DNA of 63,818 nucleotides, filler included, from Neolecta irregularis DAH-3 (Eukaryota): assembly GCA_001929475.1 (NCBI GenBank). It is 6 parts of 6 records of this genome, joined end to end, with 100 filler letters (N's around TTAATTAATTAA, not from the genome) between each part and the next. Parts side by side here need not be neighbours in the genome. Positions count along the whole stretch, not along the records: positions 29,070 to 39,085 come from LXFE01000127.1; positions 39,186 to 40,576 come from LXFE01002224.1; positions 40,677 to 41,792 come from LXFE01002226.1; positions 41,893 to 62,421 come from LXFE01000130.1; 2 more parts are not named here. One strand, 5' to 3'. How positions within the stretch are numbered: the first letter of the stretch is position 1; the number at the start of each line of letters is the position of its first letter. Made by a program: the position numbers and the translations under genes. Shown piece after piece: positions 37,744-49,812 of this stretch. The notes below the pieces were generated by a model, which was not told where the DNA came from, did no database searches, and saw nothing but the letters and a program-made list of their open reading frames with translations.

Positions 37744-38247
37744 CTGAAGATATGGTAGATCTGCTAGATTCTCAAGTGGTGTTTGGATAGAAGAAAAGGA
37801 GCCGGTTGTTGTTATTGTGATATCTTCTACTTGCTTATGTGACGAAGGGGAAAAGTACCCGGCTACATACCCAGCGAGAGAAAGAGCCACATCAGTAAAA
37901 GTAAAAAGATAAAAAAGGAATACATGAGTTCCCAAGCTCCCGTAAACTACCTAAGGTGACTGCCCAGTGCTCCGCATACTCCCGATAGCAAGGATACTCT
38001 GTGAAAAGCGATCACCAAAAGGATGAAGCTTCCGACCAGTACGATGGGCTAGCGATATGCGAGGGCGAGGAGGCAAGGTTTGGCGGGGTTGAGGATACAC
38101 ATTCCCTATTCAGGATGAGCGAATGAAGAGAAAACAGACCAGGCAGGTGATTATTGCGAGTGAGTGGATAATTGAAAAAGGATGAAAGAGCGTTATATTA
38201 TGACTGACCGATTTTGGCATGGATGAGTGAAGGAATGTGATTTTGAT
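37744..38247 (-). repeat. Dispersed repeat family A, copy 2
   Basis: Reverse complement aligns with 27162-27682. Confidence 0.9.
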
Positions 38248-38285
38248 CATGTGTACAACAGGCCTATATGACGCTGTTTATAGCC

Positions 38286-38738
38286 CTAATGCCAAGGTGC
38301 TGGACATTGAGATAGCATCTGAACATCTGCAGATATATATGCGATTTCATCATGTGGTTCACTAGCAGGTATGATAACATAGTGACCTGACCCAAATGAA
38401 ACGACCAATACACGAGAACAGTTGCTAGTTTCGTGCCTTTGAATGGCAAAGTAATACGAATTTGACTTATATGCATAAGAAGCTTTGGGCCCATACAACT
38501 TGAGAAAGATCAATGCATGCTGATCAAAGGAGTTTGGAGAATTAGGAACTATACGAATCCATGGTTTGAGTGCAGAAATGAGTGACTTTCGATCGAGATT
38601 ATGCGATAGCGAACCTTGTTTTAGACTACTCGAGGATTTAAGGTCGAAATCTTTCTCCGATAGTGCAGCAGCGTCCCAGAAATACTCGATAAAATTGCGG
38701 CAAATCTCTTCCTTGTTGGTATCACCGAGTGCAGTTGG
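38286..38738 (-). other. Orphan exon or gene fragment (151 open codons)
   Basis: PTALGDTNKEEICRNFIEYFWD...PWIRIVPNSPNSFDQHALIFLKLYGPK...; preceded by an acceptor-like CTAG, no start codon. Confidence 0.3.
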
Positions 38739-39038
38739 CTAGCACGTGTATCCATTCTAAGGGTTCGGGGGAGGAAAGCGGCGAGGCAGAAGTAGGGACC
38801 GGGGTGATGTAGCTGAGATTAGACTAGCGGGCAAGGAGACGGAAGGGAAGGTCGAGTGGATGCGGGTGAGTGAGGCGAGGGTGGATGGGAGGTGCGGGAG
38901 CAGGGCGTGAATGAGAGCAGGGCACTGCAGCAACTAGACGGCGAGGAGGGCCAAGCGGGTGGGGCTTTGAGGAGGCGGGCGGGTGCGGCAAGAAGAGTGA
39001 GAAGGGGAGTGTTGACCGGTCAAGGAGGGCAAGGCATA

Positions 39039-39085
39039 GTGCAGGCACTGGGAGAGAGTGCAGGCACTGGGAGAGAGTGCAGGCA
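39039..39085. repeat. 19-bp tandem repeat running into a gap
   Basis: (GTGCAGGCACTGGGAGAGA) x about 2.5. Confidence 0.8.
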
Positions 39086-39185
39086 NNNNNNNNNNNNNNN
39101 NNNNNNNNNNNNNNNNNNNNNNNNNNNNNTTAATTAATTAANNNNNNNNNNNNNNNNNNNNNNNNNNNNNNNNNNNNNNNNNNNN

Positions 39186-39755
39186 CTCGCGGTTGCCGTC
39201 CATGCGGTCGAACGGCATTTCCCAAGTGGAAACTGTGCTGTAGGAGATGCGTCTTCTAGTGTCGCCTGCGATCCAGTATGGGGCTCTCTCGTCACCGCCG
39301 CCGCTGACGTTGTCCTCGATGGGTACGACATAGTTGAGCCCATGGAAGCAGTTAAAACGAGAGGCTGCATAGAGTGTCTGTTCAGGGTCTCCACGCGGAC
39401 ATGAGCTCGCCTGATGGTAGGAGACCGCCAGAGAGTAAATCTTCGATTTGGTGTCTGATTGAGTCCGGATCGTTGGGCATTGGTTGTACTTGATGCTTTC
39501 CAGGAAGCCCGACCTTTTTAAAGAGACCATCCCATGATTGGAAATATGTCTCTTTGAATAGCGTATGTTCAAGAATACCTTTTACACTTCCAAGCGCTTG
39601 GATTATGTCGGCCCTGTATTAAGAAGGTGTCTGTTCAGTGTATACATTCATCCCATCCAAATTGTTCCCATGGAGTTGCGGACCTTGAGGTCGACCAGTT
39701 GAGAAAGGTGATAGCGTGACATAGAAAGGAAGCAATTTTAGAGAACAGGGTGAAG
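39186..39755 (-). CDS. Partial spliced gene of unknown function; 5' end abuts an LTR-like element, 3' end lost in a gap
   Basis: [20 protein letters not shown]...[23 protein letters not shown]...|[18 protein letters not shown]...; short GT-AG introns restore the frame. Confidence 0.45.
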
Positions 39756-39756
39756 T

Positions 39757-39900
39757 TGTAAGCTTAACACCAGAAGTTAGAAATAAGACCAGGTATTATT
39801 TCTAGCCTAAGTGTTGTAACTTTGTACAGGGACATACCGTACTGTAACTCAGGCTAGATATAACTATATACTCTGCTATTATCCAAGCCTGATTGGTAGG
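39757..39900 (+). mobile_element. Solo-LTR-like element, family C (3' end uncertain)
   Basis: Starts TGTAAGCTTAAC; AATAAGACC...CTAGCCTAAGT...GGACATAC blocks are shared with four other copies. Confidence 0.65.
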
Positions 39901-40022
39901 TATATCGATTGTGTATCCTTGCACAAGTCCTCGTGCACTCTCTCAAAATTGATATACTAACAAACCTTTCAAATTTAAACGTGGTCTATTTGTAATCTGA
40001 TATATCTGAATACATTTGAGAA

Positions 40023-40576
40023 TTATTTCTGGAATGACAATGAAATGTCAGAAAACTTTTTCGATTGCAATCTCGTGTTGAACGCTGAAATAATTCGACT
40101 GTTGTCCTTTTTTCCATAAATGTGGGAGAGCACAGCTGGTACAAGGTCTCGATAGAACGTCAAGCTGGATGGGCTAGGAAACCTATAGCTAACCAAACCC
40201 AATTCAGGTTTAATAAGTGACTGTAGAACGTTGACCAACACCCGTATAGCATGCAATTGCTCATCAGAGCCGGAATTGGATCGAAGGATCCCGGAATACT
40301 GCGTGGTGGTCTTCAGATTCTTTGCTTGTTGAAAGAGGTCCACGGCTGTTTTTGAGTTCGTGATATCACCAAGGCTTTCTAGTTGCGTCAAACACACCAA
40401 AACTTCTGAATTGTCTCTGGACTTTAGCTGGTCTCGTACTATTGCATAATCACCAGGCCCGAATGTAGCAACGAGTATGTGAATATCTTCGTTATCAATG
40501 AAAAGTACCCTTTCGATTGGATCGTAAATAGTTGTCGTGCCCCGACGAATATGCGGACAAAATATATCGAGAAAAG
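40023..40576 (-). CDS. 3' part of an unknown gene, truncated by a gap
   Basis: Frame is open from the gap (FLDIFCPHIRRGTTTIYDPIERVLF...) to the stop at 40023. Confidence 0.45.
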
Positions 40577-40676
40577 NNNNNNNNNNNNNNNNNNNNNNNN
40601 NNNNNNNNNNNNNNNNNNNNTTAATTAATTAANNNNNNNNNNNNNNNNNNNNNNNNNNNNNNNNNNNNNNNNNNNN

Positions 40677-41600
40677 GCTGACACCGCCAGTACCCTTGTC
40701 TTCACACAAGAGTACTGACGAGTCAGCCCAGATAAGATACACCGTATCTTACATCATTGACGAAAACTTCCTGGATATTATTCGTTTCTGCATGGTGGGT
40801 GTGTTGTGCCGTTGGTGGCGTCACTCCGACATTGGTTGCCTGCTGCAGTCTCGAAACATATCGCTCGCATCGATAAAATGGGTGAGATGGTGGTCCAAGC
40901 TGCCAAGCACATAATTTGCAAGGGATCGTGCAAGTGAGTGCATCATGGCCATCCTGGTGACAATTATTGCATCTGAGGTGTGCGGATGGCAATATAGTTG
41001 GTATCTGGACAGGGGTAATGTTTTGGATAGGGATCATAGCTGGTTGTTGTTTCTCGGATGTGAGGAATATTTGTAAATTTTTCATGCCGTTTACGAGATC
41101 TGAGACTGTACTCTGTAGTTCATCAAGTCTGGTGTCAGCAGGGTTACTTGTGGGATTCTGTTTCGCTTTGTTTGTGCATTCTTCTCTTTCTTCTTTTTCC
41201 TGGAGTTACATTTTTTAGAGTCTTCATCACTACTGTCAGTCAGTTCATCATACTTGTGCTTATTGTTCTTCTTCGTTTGTTGATGTCTTGACCTTTTATG
41301 CTTTTGACGTTTACTTGACTTCTTGTAACTACCTTCATTGTCCGAGTCTGAGTCAGTATCAGAATCTGAAGAGTCAGTATTTGTGTCAGTTTCATCATTG
41401 TCAGAAGAAATGATTCCATCAAGTTTGTGGCTTAAATCAACCACACTCCAGAGGTCCTTTAATGTTGCAGGGGTGTCTTTACCTCGGAATAGTTGAAGCT
41501 CCTTGCGGCACAATCCTTTATAAAATGCTGAGATTATATGGCTTTCAAATACCTTGGATGATCTTCCTTCTTCATCACTAGCTGTGTCTAGGCTCTGGAA
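40677..41600 (-). mobile_element. Degenerate retrotransposon gag-like region
   Basis: CCHC zinc knuckle CNNCHQDGHDALTC (40930-40971) followed by CKLC...H....C; Asp/Ser- and Lys-rich linker; frameshifted; fills most of a short contig. Confidence 0.65.
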
Positions 41601-41892
41601 GTATTTAGTAGCACGTTTTGAGAACCTTTGGAAGTAGGGCTTGAGGCCTTCATGGGGTCGCTGCTTGATGTTGAAGACTGAAGCTTGCAGACGATGCTGA
41701 TCTGATGCGGTTACCCCAAATTCTGTCCCTCCCGTTCCGCTCCAGCCTCGCCCGTCGCTCCCGTCCTGCCCATCTCACCCGCCCGACCCACCNNNNNNNN
41801 NNNNNNNNNNNNNNNNNNNNNNNNNNNNNNNNNNNNTTAATTAATTAANNNNNNNNNNNNNNNNNNNNNNNNNNNNNNNNNNNNNNNNNNNN

Positions 41893-42272
41893 ACATTCCC
41901 CACCTAGATGGAATGAGTCCATTTACAGTTGATGTTCCTGTTATAAGAAAGCTCAACCATGCAGCTTGTCTGCATGCTTACGGAGTTCGTCGTGCACTTC
42001 TTCCACAGATTCTAGAGTGGAGTAAGAATCCATCAGATGGAATTGATCTTGATATTATTTCCGGTCCACTTCAGTCAGGATCGGTTCAAGGATACACGCT
42101 GTGGCCCTTGGGGATGATTCAACGACCATTGACCGAAATTCGAAATAGCCTTATTAATAACTTTGAAGGGGCTAGAGAGGATGGATTTTTGAATGACGAT
42201 TGGAGGCGCAACGATGTATTTCGTCAGGGCGAAAGCACAGGAGAGAAGATTGGGGTTAGCTATTGGTACTGA
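41893..42272 (+). CDS. GT25-family glycosyltransferase, C-terminal part (5' part lost in a gap)
   Basis: AACLHAYGVRRALLPQIL...GIDLDII...GYTLWPLGMIQ. Confidence 0.65.
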
Positions 42273-42851
42273 GAACCACAATGATATAATGAGAAAGTGA
42301 CTGCCTCTTGGTCCGTCATTGTCTATTATAATCGGGATAAACAATTGAAAAGAGAGAATAAGCTGGGAGTCGTACCAACCGACACCTTATCTACTTTTTC
42401 AAATTTCACCACTACCGCCACCACTCCAAACGCAAAGCAGCCTACTTTACCAATAATCTTTTTGGGAGGAAGTTGCTTCCCATATTACTATTCTTGCATG
42501 ATTGGTCTATATTCCCTGGTTGATTTGGAGCACCATCCCTTGAGTATGTAATTGAGTGACTCATTAGCATACGTCTAATATACGGCTTCGTACCAAATGA
42601 AAGAGCCACCTGCGGTCGGATTAATCTCAATGACGGCTTCTGATTTATCCTCAAAAGTCGTAGGATATTCTTCTCGATAACTTTATTATCACGGACTCAA
42701 ATGCACCCTCCTCCCAGATAATGAGCCATACACAGAATAGTGAATTAACGATGTCTCAACACTGTCTAAAAGATTCTTGATGATTTTGCTCTTTCGTGCT
42801 CTCAACGCTCTACTACTTCACACGACAGGAAGTGAGCAGAGAACACCTGTC

Positions 42852-44380
42852 ATGCCAAAACTAGCGTCATTCGAATCAACCCCACTTCAGAATGTGCAAT
42901 TATTTTCTATCATTGCCCAACCTCCTCTAACAGAACCTCATGAATCCTGTTTGAACCATCCAATCCAGAGCAATTAGATCTTGGTCCCATCAGATGTATT
43001 TGTCGTATTCTATCTCTCCATCTCTCGCCTCCGCGCTCGAAGACTGTCTCTACACCTTTATTCAAGTAATAACTCTCCTGATTCTCATCTTCCCCACAGT
43101 CCTCTTCTTCCACCTATGGAATCCATTGAATGGATTTTTGGATCTGCCTATTGGAATCACGCATGCCTGGATCCTAGTTTCGGGACTTCATAAGATCGCT
43201 CAGCGCAGCAATATAGGTGAGATCTATCTGGCAGTGTTGAGACCATTTGTATATGAAGGAGGTGTCTTGGGAAGTATAATGTGTGCATTGCTGAAGTTTG
43301 CAGAGATTGACCTATCAGTCAAACATGGGAATCTCCAAATTCGAATGATATTCGATCGGAGAACAGTCCTCCCGCAATGCATAACCCGGGGCAACTGGCA
43401 GGATCCTATTATTCGCAGACAAGTAGCGATACCGAAGAGTTTATAGTCGGAACGGATCAAGATAAATCATTTGTGCAAAAAGACGTCGAATCTGGAATAT
43501 CGAAGTATCTTTGCGAAACGCCGTGCGATGAACTTGATATTTCATCGTGTGTCAAAGTAACCTACTTAAATACTACTGAAGTAATGAAAGTCGCTAGACA
43601 TTGAGATTCTTGAAGATCAGGTCCCTATGATTCTCGAATTATGGTCGAAGGCTCTCCGTCAAGATTTGGACAAATCAACGCAAGCAGCTCGCATTGAGAG
43701 CATCGGAAAATTGCTAAAACAATTCAATGTATTATATAACTACAAGTACAGCCTAATGATAGGAGGGAATTCATCAAAGTAGGCTTGAACGAAATCTACT
43801 CAGTGAACGACGAGAAATTGTGACCAGCGATCGGGAAGCAATTAGCGAGCAAAGAACTGAAGTGATGGTCGAACATGACGATATAGAAGAAAATTCAGGG
43901 CTATTTCAGTGTCTTGAAATCAAAGACGGAAAAGAGTCGAAGGACTTTACAGCGGAAGAAATACATATTCATTCAACAACAGTTTCTCATATCCAAGAAG
44001 AAAAATCTGCTGAGGAACCGCCAAAACCGATAAGAAAGTATAGCGTTTCCAAGGGACCGTTCACTACTGGTTGGGTAAGCTTTTTCTCTCTCTTATGAAA
44101 GATAAATCATTGAGAACCCGGGATATTTTGGCTGGAAACCTTCTAAAGTAGCCGAACCCTCGGGTATAATTCGTAACCCACGGACGCGCATAAGTCCCAT
44201 CCCGGTATTCCAGGTTCTCCAACATGACTTAATGAAGGAATTCAGACTTGCCAATTCAGCGTCTCTATCCTCTCCAGTTGAATGGAAGACCGAAACCCCC
44301 TCGCAGGTTGGAGTTGGAGTTGAGCAGGTGAGAGTTTTCAGCTAAGCCGACTCAGTATGTCTAGTGGTCGAATATTAAAT
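42852..44380 (+). CDS. Hypothetical multi-exon gene; ends uncertain
   Basis: Successive ORFs can be joined by short GT-AG introns (about 43280, 43550, 43730, 44075); no recognised domain. Confidence 0.4.
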
Positions 44381-44662
44381 CGGTCAAGAATGGTGGGAAG
44401 AAGAAGGGCAGTTGGTAGTAGCAATAATGTTGTGGCATTACACGATGCCATCCCTTCCCCCTTGAAACCAGCCAATTCCACCCCCCAAGTGCAGCCTCCA
44501 ATTCATCCATCAACCCTAACACGGAAAATTCCTGGTTTTCATAATTGTGTATCCCTTCTCGCTCACAAAGCTATGTTGCAGAGTAAACTCCACGACTAGA
44601 TTCGCCCTCAAAGTCTTGGACTTGCTCTTAAATGAAACAACTATTATTACTGTTTGACACAC

Positions 44663-44880
44663 TGTAAGCTATGCGCTTAGAAGTACAATAAGACCAAGTG
44701 TTATAACTAGCCCAAGTATTCGTACTTCTTACCAAGGGACATACCTACCCTAAGTATTCATACTTCTTACAAAGGGACATATCTACCCTAAGTATTCGTA
44801 CTTGCCTACTTGGCTAGGAATATCTAACTTCCGCCTTTATATACTTCACGTCAAGCCACCTTACCGTATTGGTAAGAGAT
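44663..44880 (+). mobile_element. Solo-LTR-like element, family C, with a 38-bp internal tandem repeat
   Basis: TGTAAGCT start; (CTASCCYAAGTATTCRTACTTCTTACMAAGGGACATAY) x about 2.5; CCGTATTGGTAAG block shared with the 61052-61345 copy. Confidence 0.65.
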
Positions 44881-45877
44881 ACCCCAAGGGTTTTATCCGT
44901 ACACACAAACAGGATGTTGCTGTCTGTCTGAAGAACTGGGGTTTTGTTCTTTTCTGCAGATGCTTGTTGTAGTATTAAAACGGAGCGATTTATATTCCTC
45001 TATCTTTATGGAAAAGCTGTCAAAAAGCTAAATACTCCTGCAGAGTTAAACTAAGAAACGGGAAACATGAACTCCTAAACCCTCGGGATTTACCTAGTGA
45101 CTCCTCAGCGCTCTGCATACTCCTGACTGTCGAGGACACCCTGGGGAAGACAATGGCCAAAGAATGAGACTGCCCTTCTGTCCGATTGCAGGTGTTATAA
45201 TTGAGTGGAATCGTGGGCAAGGACTTTGGTAATAACTATTTTGGATAACGATATCTGGCTTTTAAAAAGGGTTGGATTGATGTTGAGCATGTGACTGAGG
45301 CAGGTACGCATCAAGATGGAGTGACTTTTTGCATGTGTACCACCACATGCTTCTGTTAAGACTCCCGTACTCTAGATCAATCTTATTTCTTGGTTGCCGT
45401 ACGTATTGTCATAATCTTCGGGTTGAACTGATCTTTTACAGCTTTGGGGTATCTAAAAATGCGGTCAATGCTTTTGTAGATCTGAGACGTTAGAAGACAA
45501 CGCTAATGCTTGAACTAACTTGAGGCTTCAAACTACTTTTTGTAGTGAGTACCACGAAGCAGCACGGGTCAAAAGGGCATGTTAAAGGCTAGAACATTCC
45601 TGTTCTCATTTCTTTGCCCACCAAAGAGCTTTCCCAGCCTGTATTCCAACGTTATCCGTTAGAACTATCCCTCAAAGTCCCGCGGATCGTCAAATTACTA
45701 GAAAACATATTTTCCCGGGCTACCTGGCAATAAAACAAAGAGTGGTGGATTAAGAACGCTACTTCGCAAGTGAAAGGGCTCGCCGATCGACAGGTCGATT
45801 TGTTACCAGAAGTTAAGCGTTACCTTTCCGTCTATAAAGCCTACCATCTTTTCCCAAAACTGACCATATATTTTACA

Positions 45878-46663
45878 ATGTCGAAAATATCCCTTCTTCC
45901 TCCAGAGATTTTCGTCGAAATCCTACTAAACTTCTCCTCCCTAATCGACATCTACAAAATTCGTCTCGTAAACAAATACTTCCTCCTACACATCCTCGAA
46001 AATACATCAATACTTATCGAACATTATATTCCCCTTCTTCCAGCAAAACCGACCTTCGCAACTGCAATTCATCGCCCTGGGGCAAAATCCTTGGATTTCC
46101 ACCTCGCAATTCGTATTTCTGCGGAATGCTTCCTCGTAGAAGATATTGCATGGACGTTATTCAGTAATCAACCTGCACTGGACCTCAATCATAGCTTCTC
46201 CCCACTTGATTTCCACGAACCGTTGCATATACTCTGTGCGCTTTGTAGTGGATATTACGATTCTCCATCTACACCATCCCGCAACTCATTTGGAATTCGT
46301 CCGCTGTTGACAACCATTCCTCTTCTCAAGAGCAAATCTCAGGTTGAACAAGATGAATTGTTCAGTCTGATAAATTACATTTTTATTTGTTTGTTGGTGT
46401 CTCTTCATCACCGTGGGATCCCATTGGACTCTGAAGACGCAGTATTGTGCATCGCAGGGGGTCCAATAGGCTGGAAGATGCTTTTCAATGGCGAAATTTC
46501 CAACGCTGAGATCAAAGACTGGTTGTGCACTGAGAAACTTGTCTTTGGCATTCCAGGGGAAAGGATGGGTGATATCATTAGAACTGTTGTTTTGATATCA
46601 GGAAGGTTATATAGGATGAGTAGGGAAGAATTTGAGAGGGCTGGGACCTTTCTTGAGAGGTAG
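45878..46663 (+). CDS. Intronless F-box protein
   Basis: N-terminal SLLPPEIFVEILLNFSSLIDIYKIRLVNKYF fits the F-box consensus. Confidence 0.75.
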   Translation: MSKISLLPPEIFVEILLNFSSLIDIYKIRLVNKYFLLHILENTSILIEHYIPLLPAKPTFATAIHRPGAKSLDFHLAIRISAECFLVEDIAWTLFSNQPALDLNHSFSPLDFHEPLHILCALCSGYYDSPSTPSRNSFGIRPLLTTIPLLKSKSQVEQDELFSLINYIFICLLVSLHHRGIPLDSEDAVLCIAGGPIGWKMLFNGEISNAEIKDWLCTEKLVFGIPGERMGDIIRTVVLISGRLYRMSREEFERAGTFLER

Positions 46664-46799
46664 GCAAGCTGGGATTTTATTGGGTTCAATGTCTAATGTA
46701 TAATTAATTGAGTGGACCATGGTTACCTAGACTTTTGGTGTCTCAAAACAAGTGCTTCATTGTATTGGCTAACACATCTACGATGTGTAGGATGAATTT

Positions 46800-48374
46800 A
46801 ATTTAAATAATACAATCTAATGATGCCGGGTCTGTCGTTGTGAATAAACAGTGCCTCCAAAGAAATATATCCTGTTCTGATGTTCAGTACTTCGAAACTC
46901 CGTTGTCTCCGAAAGAGCTGCTCCTGCGACTTGTCCCTTTCGCGAATATATCTAGAAGAAACCTTTCTTTAACTTCATCTTTTTCTTTTTCCCTAGAACA
47001 TTTGGCCGTTGATTCTCTGTTTCCTTGATAATCAGCATCTTTTAGTTCAATAATGTACTGGATCTAGGCTTACTTTCCCGTCGGACTTAGTCTCTTCAAC
47101 AGCATCGTCGACGTCACGGTCTCCTGATTTCTGAGATCCTCCCGTTCTCGCAATGCTGTTCTAATCGTAAAACCACAAATCACGAAGACCGGTACCCATA
47201 ACGACCCTGTAGCACCTGAAACAGGCAACTTCGAATTCCATCCTGTTCCCCAAGTCGTACCCGCCCCCTATGATTATTTCTTCGCTGAATAAAAGGCCTT
47301 ACCCAACCACCAGTAGAAGTAGCTTTTGATGCCAAAGCTTCTGCTGCCCTCTTAGCAGCTTCTGCCGCAGTAATCTTATCAGCCTCGGCTTTGGCAGCAT
47401 CACTCAATCGCTCTGTTTGCTCACTTGCTGTGGCTTCCTCCTCTTCCACAAGAAGACGCTTTTCTGCAGCCTTCTTTTCTGCGGCAAGTGCTTCTTCCTG
47501 TAACCTTGCAGCCTCTTTCTCCCTTTTAACTCTCTCTTCCTCGGCCAGTTTCTGTTCTTTCTCTTCTACTTTGCGATCTTCGTCAAAAACTTCGCTTTCA
47601 ACACGTGTTACGTCTAGTCCCCTCTAACCTCCGTGAGATCAAATACTACTAAGAAGGAAGATACCCAGTATTGATTCAACAATTTACCGCACCTCTCAGC
47701 CCGAGTACTTTCAGGTGTAGTTTTCAAATTGTCCAGTAAGATTGCACTCCACATTTGAAGGGAAGCAACTTGATGTTTCACTGGAACTCTGAGACCTAGC
47801 GACTATGCGATCAGCTGTGACGTTTACTTACTGAAGCGACCTTGTAACATTGGACAATATCAAGTTTATATGTTGTTGCTTTCAATACATATGAACGCAT
47901 TCCTTCATCGATTTCTCCTAAAATTCCATCGTCCTCCTCGTCCTCCTCGTCTTCGAATGGGGAGGATTCTGAAATAGGCTCCGGAGGCGATTTCGTTAAT
48001 TTCGTTCGAGGTGGTTCTCCTGTCAAAGGATGGTCTGGCTCTGGGGGCAATAGAGGGCTTTCAGTATAAATATTTGTCGGGAACGATAGGTATACGAATG
48101 ATCGTGAAGCGAATTAACAGCATCTTCGTGGTCAATGGCGAAAAGTGCTTTGAGTTTTAGACCCCGCTGTAGACCAAATAAGGGTCTATGAATCAGAGAA
48201 GTTGGAGCTAGTGATGACACTTGGATTTGGCAGTTTTCACTGGAGACCCACGGTTTTTTGCCAACCGTGCTGGTTTCCGAAGTTTTGAGGGACCGCGATC
48301 TTCAAGGATCTGCTGGTCGTCATTTTCTGGAAAGGAGTCAGCCGAGTTCGATTGGCAGATGACACACCTGGCAT
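46800..48374 (-). CDS. Hypothetical multi-exon protein with an acidic stretch and an E/K/A-rich coiled coil; ends uncertain
   Basis: EDEEDEEDDG and VEEKEQKLAEEERVKREKEAARLQEEALAAEKKAAEKR segments separated by short introns. Confidence 0.45.
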
Positions 48375-49812
48375 GTATTAAGTGGATCGAAGAAGAGTGA
48401 GATGGTAGGTAAGGGTCTACTGCTCGAACTCAATGAATCTTGGCAGAGAGGCTGGTTTTGCTTGTGGAACGACACTAACCATCAAAGCCTTTATAATAGT
48501 ATAATAGGACAAGCGTGGGATACCGATACACCATGTTTGAGGGAGCGTGTTCCCACAAGAATTGTGACAGAAGATAACCATATAATTATTTCCACATCTC
48601 TCTGAAAGTAATAGTAAAAACTAAAACATGCATGAGAGAGCTTAGGAAATTCTATAGAGGGAGTCCTTTGGACTGACTAAGCAGCAGGTTGAAATAACCC
48701 AAAGGTACATTATTTTCTTAGTCTGGCTCTAACTTCGTAAAAGAAATGTATTTAGCGATGTTATGCGCAGCTCGGGATCGCTAATTGAACACCATGATAT
48801 TGCGAGCCAGGGCACTTGAAATACAATCCCACACAAAAAAAGAAGATAGCAAAAGCCTTAGACAAAAATCTCACAAAGCAAAGATATCTCAGTGAAATAT
48901 CCTTAGGTATAAAGGAATCAGAACCAAAATTCCCATGAAGCAAAGATACTTGTTATATCTTTAGGTGATACAAAAGACTTGGAGGACAGGCTCAAGGTAC
49001 TATTCGATCTCCAATTATTTTTCGATACGAGAGTGTAAACATACATGCTTACCACTTCATTTATTTATCTTTCTCTATTCCGATTAAATGGTTACGATAT
49101 ATTGGAGTTCAAGTGCTGAGATTAATAAAGGGCTTTTCACTAGTACCTTTCGTATTAGTGATATCTCACCTTTACTTTGTATTTACTGGATCGAGGAATG
49201 ATTTTTCGGCTGCTTCATGAGCTGTTTGACTGAATTCTGAGAAGAATGCAATGCCGAACAACTCTGTTGTCAACAATCTTTCAAGGAAGCAAACTGGGAC
49301 ACAAAGCCTGCTACTTCACCTGCTGAATATCCAGATAAACTAGGTAAATTTCCTAAACACTCGCGGGGTTATCCTGTCCAGGAGCAAAAGGTTGTTAGGG
49401 ACGTACTTTTTAGTAGTTCAATTCTGCTCGGTATCAAGTCTGAGACAATGATAAAACCCATGTGTGAAATTGCTCTGCCCGCTGCAAAGCTTTGATCACG
49501 CTCACAATATACTTACACTGGGAGGGGCATCATACTGTTAGATACATTATAGAGCGAGAAGTCCAATGCACGATATTCAAGAATGTGGCTTTACTGCTGA
49601 ACGCATAAAATGCCTTTCCCCGAAAAGTAAGCTCGGTCATATGCAAAATGTTCCGGCATTCAAAACTACAATTTATTTACCATTGTATCGTCTGCTGACT
49701 AAACTGGACCAAATATCTAAGAAGAATCGCATTAAGCAGTTGCGCTATGAACCTTCTCTCCTTATGGATGAAGAACAATATCACATGAGATTAAACAGGG
49801 TCCATTATTTCT

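Noticed and set aside
27162-38247. Family A copies as terminal inverted repeats of a 10-kb element carrying RIB3
   Set aside because: The copies lie on different contigs separated by an artificial spacer, are diverged, and enclose ordinary housekeeping genes; no transposase or target-site duplication seen.
44706-44820. 38-bp repeats resembling a CRISPR array
   Set aside because: Head-to-tail tandem units without unique spacers, inside an LTR-like element in a eukaryote; no cas genes.
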